DNA of 64,000 bases from Acidimicrobiales bacterium (GTDB lineage: Bacteria > Actinomycetota > Acidimicrobiia > Acidimicrobiales > SZUA-35). Shown one piece after another: positions 59,910 through 64,000 of the stretch. The notes beneath the pieces were generated by a model. That model had not been told where the DNA came from. It searched no databases and saw only the letters and a list, made by a program, of their open reading frames with translations. A program made the translations under genes and the position numbers. Within the stretch, counting starts at the first letter, position 1; each line of letters begins with the position of its first letter. The stretch lies in NCBI GenBank assembly GCA_965216675.1, contig CBDCGK010000004.1:4482398-4546397 (forward strand), read 5' to 3'.

Positions 59910-61327
59910 CCGGGTCCGTGCCCTCCACGGCGACGCCGCCCCTCGGATCAGACGGCACCGTGGTGGTCGTGGGCGGGGGACCGGCCGGCGCCACCATGGC
60001 CTTGTACCTGGCCCATCAGGGCCACGATGTCCAGATCCTCGAAAGCCGCCAGGATCTCCGTCGCCACGACGTCGACGCCGGCCGCTCCATCAACCTGGCG
60101 CTGGCCCGTCGGGGAATCGTCCCACTGATCGAACTGGGTGTCTTCGACCGGGTCGAGCCGATCACCATCCCGATGGCCGGCCGCATCGTCCACGGCCTCG
60201 ACGGCACCACCAACTTCCAGCCGTACGGGACCACGGGCGACGAGGCGATCCTGTCGGTGTCGAGGCCGGGGTTGAACGCCATTCTCCTCGACGCGGCCGA
60301 GGAGACCGGTAGGGTGTCGATCGACTTCGAGCTGCGCTGCCGGGGGGTCGACTGGGCGGACAAGATGATCGTCATGACCGACGGAGGTAACGACAGCCAG
60401 ATGACCCAGGTGCCCTTCGGTACCGTCTTCGGCTGTGACGGCGCCAACTCCGAGGTCCGCCAGTCGATGCAGCGGATCAACGGCGGCTCAACGGCCATCG
60501 AACCTCTCGGCCACGGCTACAAGGAACTGGAGATTCCGCCCGGACCCGACGGGTCGTTCCAGCTCGACCCCGGAGGCCTTCACATCTGGCCGAGGGGCGA
60601 ATTGATGCTGATCGCGCTGGCGAATCCCGGCGGCGACTTCACGGTGACGCTGTTCATGCCCCACGTCACTCCCGACGGAAACGACGAGCCGATGGGATTC
60701 GACGACATCGGGGACCAGGCGTCGGCCGAGGCCTTCTTCGCCCGCGAGTTCCCAGACTTCGTGGAGCTCGTGGGAGACGCGGCCGCCCAGTTCATGGCCA
60801 ACCCGACCGGCGATCTGGCCACTGTGCGCTGCACAGGCTGGAGCCGGGGCGGCGACGGTGTGATCGTCGGCGACTCGGCTCACGCCATCGTGCCGTTCCA
60901 CGGCCAGGGCATGAACGCGGCGATGGAGTCGGCCAGGCTCCTCGCCCGGCGTTTGGCCGAGTCCGGTCACGACCCCGACCACGCTTTCACGTTGTTCGAG
61001 ATCGACCGCAAGCCCGACACCGACGCCATCGCCGACATGGCCATCGACAACTATGTCGAGATGCGGGCGGGCGTTGCCGATCCCGACTATCTGATCAAGC
61101 GGGAGCTGGCCCTCGAACTCGAACGCCGGTATCCGGACGTGATGGCCGCCCGCTACGGGATGGTGATGTTCACCACGATGCCCTACGCCGAGGTTCGGGA
61201 ACGGGCCGCCGACCAACAACGGATTCTCACCGAGCTGGTGGCCGGCGTCGACTCGCTCGACCAGATCGACTTCGATCGAGCGCGAGACCTGCTGGAGGCG
61301 CTCGGACCCCTACCCGCCGAGGTTTGA
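59906..61327 (+). CDS. kmo: Kynurenine 3-monooxygenase
   Basis: GGGPAG, GRSINLAL, GCDGANS, HGYKELEIP, LHIWPRG, GDSAHAIVPFHGQGMN, NYVEMR. Confidence 0.92.
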   Translation: MTGSVPSTATPPLGSDGTVVVVGGGPAGATMALYLAHQGHDVQILESRQDLRRHDVDAGRSINLALARRGIVPLIELGVFDRVEPITIPMAGRIVHGLDGTTNFQPYGTTGDEAILSVSRPGLNAILLDAAEETGRVSIDFELRCRGVDWADKMIVMTDGGNDSQMTQVPFGTVFGCDGANSEVRQSMQRINGGSTAIEPLGHGYKELEIPPGPDGSFQLDPGGLHIWPRGELMLIALANPGGDFTVTLFMPHVTPDGNDEPMGFDDIGDQASAEAFFAREFPDFVELVGDAAAQFMANPTGDLATVRCTGWSRGGDGVIVGDSAHAIVPFHGQGMNAAMESARLLARRLAESGHDPDHAFTLFEIDRKPDTDAIADMAIDNYVEMRAGVADPDYLIKRELALELERRYPDVMAARYGMVMFTTMPYAEVRERAADQQRILTELVAGVDSLDQIDFDRARDLLEALGPLPAEV

Positions 61328-61435
61328 CCGCAAACGGCTTCGGGGGCGGCGACCGAGTGCCGTCAGCCCCGTGAGTGCAGAAGCGCCCTACCGTCGGCGG
61401 ACCTCCGGCCCGCTTCGGGCAGGGCGCTCCAGGCG

Positions 61436-61624
61436 TCAGTCGTTCAGCCGTTCGCGCAGGCCGTCGACGGCCTCCTCGGCCTTGTCCGACACATCATCGA
61501 TCGAGTCCTTGATCTTGCCGGCTGCCTCGTCGCGCTCACCTTCGCGCTGAAGGTCCTTGTCCCCGGTGAGGTCTCCGGCCGCCTGCTTGACTCGACCTTC
61601 GATCTTGTCCTTCTCTCCAGCCAT
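61436..61624 (-). CDS. csbD: CsbD-family stress protein
   Basis: DKIEGRVKQAAGDLTGDKDLQREG. AAGGAG RBS. Confidence 0.88.
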   Translation of the reverse strand: MAGEKDKIEGRVKQAAGDLTGDKDLQREGERDEAAGKIKDSIDDVSDKAEEAVDGLRERLND

Positions 61625-61793
61625 CATCGGTCTCCTTCTTCGGTGGATGGTTGTCAATCGGGGATCTACCCCGATCCGGCACCGTTGATTCCTCGAATCG
61701 GTGATCGGTGGGGTTGCCTCGAGGGACCGATTGGCGGAGACCGGTTCGAGTGCACGGCCCGTTGCCGTGGACGGCCGTTGAAAGGACGGGTCG

Positions 61794-62501
61794 TCAGCCC
61801 GGGTGGGGGACGAGATCGGCCAGGCGGCGGGCCATCTCCAGCTCGGTCGGCGTGGTGACGTGCAGGTTGGTCGGCTCACCCTCGACCAGCTCGATCCGGC
61901 CGCCGAGGTGTTCGATCATCTCGAGCTCCTCAGGGGGCAACGGTGGCTGTCCGGGGCCTCCGAAGGCCCGGTAGGCCTCCATGATCGCCACCCGGTTGAA
62001 GGCGCATGGAGCCTGAGCGGTCAGTAGGCGGGATTTGTCGACCGAGCGGACGACGGTTCCGTCGACGTGTTCCTTGATGGCATCGCAGATGGCGCCGGCC
62101 GGCGCGGCCGCGGCTGCGCCGTTGCCGACCGCTTTGATGGTCCGGCGATACAGGTCCGGCCCGGCGAGCGGGTGTGAGGCCGCAGCCATCACCACCACGT
62201 CGATGTCGTCCGGCACTTGATCGAGGCCGATCCGGGCCGACTCGCCGTGGGAGCGTCCGCCCGATGTCACGGCATGGACCGGATGGCCGGACCACGTCGG
62301 TTCATCGGCCGAGGCGGCCTCGTCGATCGGGTGACCCGTGGGCAGAACGACGACGACCAGGTCGCAGACCGATGACGCCGTCACCACCACCCGGTCGACC
62401 AGGGACTGCCCGTTGATCGTCTCGAATTGTTTGAGCCGGCCGAATCGACGCGCCTGACCGGCCGCCAGCACCACGGCCGCGCTCGATGTCGGTGGTCCCA
62501 T
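61794..62501 (-). CDS. Divergent IspD/TarI-like cytidylyltransferase
   Basis: VLAAGQARRFG..KQF and an overall IspD layout with altered signature motifs. TACTCT lies 7 nt before the ATG. Confidence 0.72.
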   Translation of the reverse strand: MGPPTSSAAVVLAAGQARRFGRLKQFETINGQSLVDRVVVTASSVCDLVVVVLPTGHPIDEAASADEPTWSGHPVHAVTSGGRSHGESARIGLDQVPDDIDVVVMAAASHPLAGPDLYRRTIKAVGNGAAAAAPAGAICDAIKEHVDGTVVRSVDKSRLLTAQAPCAFNRVAIMEAYRAFGGPGQPPLPPEELEMIEHLGGRIELVEGEPTNLHVTTPTELEMARRLADLVPHPG

Positions 62502-62606
62502 GGTTTTCAGAGTACGACTACCTGGTAGCGAACCCGCCGATGGCCGTAAACTTTGCCCAGCGGTCGCACCCGGCCCGCGCCCGGCTTCATGAACAGGAGT
62601 ACGCCG

Positions 62607-63815
62607 ATGACCTCGCCCACAGCCGCCGGTACCTTGAACCCGGCCGGGCCGACACCGGCCACAACCCCGACCGGATTGACACCGGCCATCGACGACTTCG
62701 CGGCCCTGGTCGAGGTGGTTACGGATCCCGACGAGTACCCGTTCGCCGACGGCGTCGAACGGAACGTCGTCGTCTACCGGGCCGGCCGGCTCCGATCGGC
62801 GATCGCCGAGAACGACGATGCGGCCGTCGCCATCCGCCAGGAGATGGCCGACGTGCTCGACCGGGGTCCGGGAATCATGGTCATCAAGGAGGGGTTCGAG
62901 GCCGGAAGCATCGATCGGGCGACCGAGGCGTTCGAGAGGATCATCGCCGACGAGAAGCAGGCGGGACTGGGTTCGGGCGACCACTACGCCAAGCCGGGGG
63001 CCAACGACCGGGTGTGGAACGCGCTCGAGAAACTGGCGGTCGAGGATCCCGAGGTGTTCGTCGACTACTACGCCAACGACATGGTCGCCCTCGGCGCTCT
63101 GGCTTGGCTCGGCCCCAACTATCAGGTGAGCTCACAGGTCAACGTGGTCAATCCCGGGGGAGAGGCGCAACAGCCTCACCGCGACTATCACCTCGGCTTC
63201 ATGACCGATTCGATGGCCGAGCAGTACCCGGCCCACGCTCATCGCCTGTCGCCGGTGCTCACCCTCCAGGGTGCGGTGGCCCACTGCGACATGCCGACCG
63301 AAACCGGGCCCACGACCTATCTGCCCCACTCCCAGAAGTACGGGCCGGGTTACCTGTCGTGGCGCCGGCCCGAGTTCAAGGAGTACTTCGCGGCGAACCA
63401 CATTCAGCTGCCACTCGGCAAGGGCGATGTCGTCTACTTCAATCCCGCCTTGTTCCACGCCGCCGGCGCCAACTCGACGCCGGACGTCCGACGGACGGCG
63501 AACCTGCTCCAGATCTCGTCGGCTTTCGGGCGCACGATGGAGACGATCGACACGCTGCGGATGGTCAAGGCCGTCTACCCGGCGCTGATGGAGGCCAAGT
63601 CGGCCGGGATGTCGGCGAACGGGATCCACAATGTCATCGCCACGGTCGCCGAGGGCTACGCCTTCCCGACCAACCTCGACAAGGATCCGCCCCTGGGCGG
63701 CCTCACCCCGCCGTCGCAGCAGGACATCGTGCGTGAGGCGCTTGCCGACCACGTCAGTCTTGGTGAGTTGATCGGCCGCCTCGAGGCGCACGTCCGCCGC
63801 CGACAATCGGTCTGA
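62607..63815 (+). CDS. Phytanoyl-CoA dioxygenase (PhyH)-family Fe(II)/2OG oxygenase
   Basis: AQQPHRDYH (HxD), GPTTYLPHSQ, GDVVYFNPALFHAAGAN..R. AGGAG RBS. Confidence 0.85.
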   Translation: MTSPTAAGTLNPAGPTPATTPTGLTPAIDDFAALVEVVTDPDEYPFADGVERNVVVYRAGRLRSAIAENDDAAVAIRQEMADVLDRGPGIMVIKEGFEAGSIDRATEAFERIIADEKQAGLGSGDHYAKPGANDRVWNALEKLAVEDPEVFVDYYANDMVALGALAWLGPNYQVSSQVNVVNPGGEAQQPHRDYHLGFMTDSMAEQYPAHAHRLSPVLTLQGAVAHCDMPTETGPTTYLPHSQKYGPGYLSWRRPEFKEYFAANHIQLPLGKGDVVYFNPALFHAAGANSTPDVRRTANLLQISSAFGRTMETIDTLRMVKAVYPALMEAKSAGMSANGIHNVIATVAEGYAFPTNLDKDPPLGGLTPPSQQDIVREALADHVSLGELIGRLEAHVRRRQSV

Positions 63816-63830
63816 CCCTGGCGGCACCGC

Positions 63831-63916
63831 CCGAACTTTGAGCGCCGGACGACCCGTTTGGGGGTCGCTGGAGGCTCAAAGTTCTGCCGGGGTGGGTCGC
63901 TGGAGGCTCAAAGTTC
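63831..63916. repeat. REP-like palindromic repeat cluster, copy 2
   Basis: CCGAACTTTGAGC..CGACCC followed by GGGTCGCTGGAGGCTCAAAGTTC twice. Confidence 0.78.
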
Positions 63917-64000
63917 AGGCGGGGGTGGGCCGCTTGAGGGCCCGTCGGTGGGGTGTGCGATACTGGTACCATGACGGACCCAGCCACCTCCGCTGTCCCC

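Noticed and set aside
63971-64000. Start of a next gene (ATG ACG GAC CCA)
   Set aside because: Only 10 codons are visible, too little to assign.

Overview
High-GC bacterial chromosomal window. Gene content (F420-type LLM oxidoreductase, CsbD, many apparently leaderless genes) suggests an actinobacterium, possibly Acidimicrobiia; this is inference. It holds about 55 densely packed metabolic genes. I recognised no rRNA, tRNA, CRISPR array or transposase. Main blocks: a sulfur-handling cluster (persulfide dioxygenase-rhodanese, NrfC-NrfD fusion, Mo-bisPGD oxidoreductase, YeeE/YedE pair); a dispersed purine-degradation set (Se-dependent XDH-like enzyme, SsnA, two PLP enzymes, short YgfK-like protein, N-carbamoylase); a complete mrpA-G antiporter operon; a rimB-rimK-M14 peptidase operon; MttB plus dimethylglycine dehydrogenase; and nbaC-kynU-kmo. 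Most notable: (1) a small gene at 35016-35327, not called in the ORF track, with an in-frame TGA followed by a hairpin, a candidate HesB-like selenoprotein; (2) one 15-bp AT-rich palindrome overlapping the -35 box of the xdh, ssnA and ygfK-like promoters, which suggests a regulon for a variant reductive purine pathway; (3) a histone-H1-like lysine-rich tail fused to RimB. All family calls come from motif recognition by eye, not from database searches.
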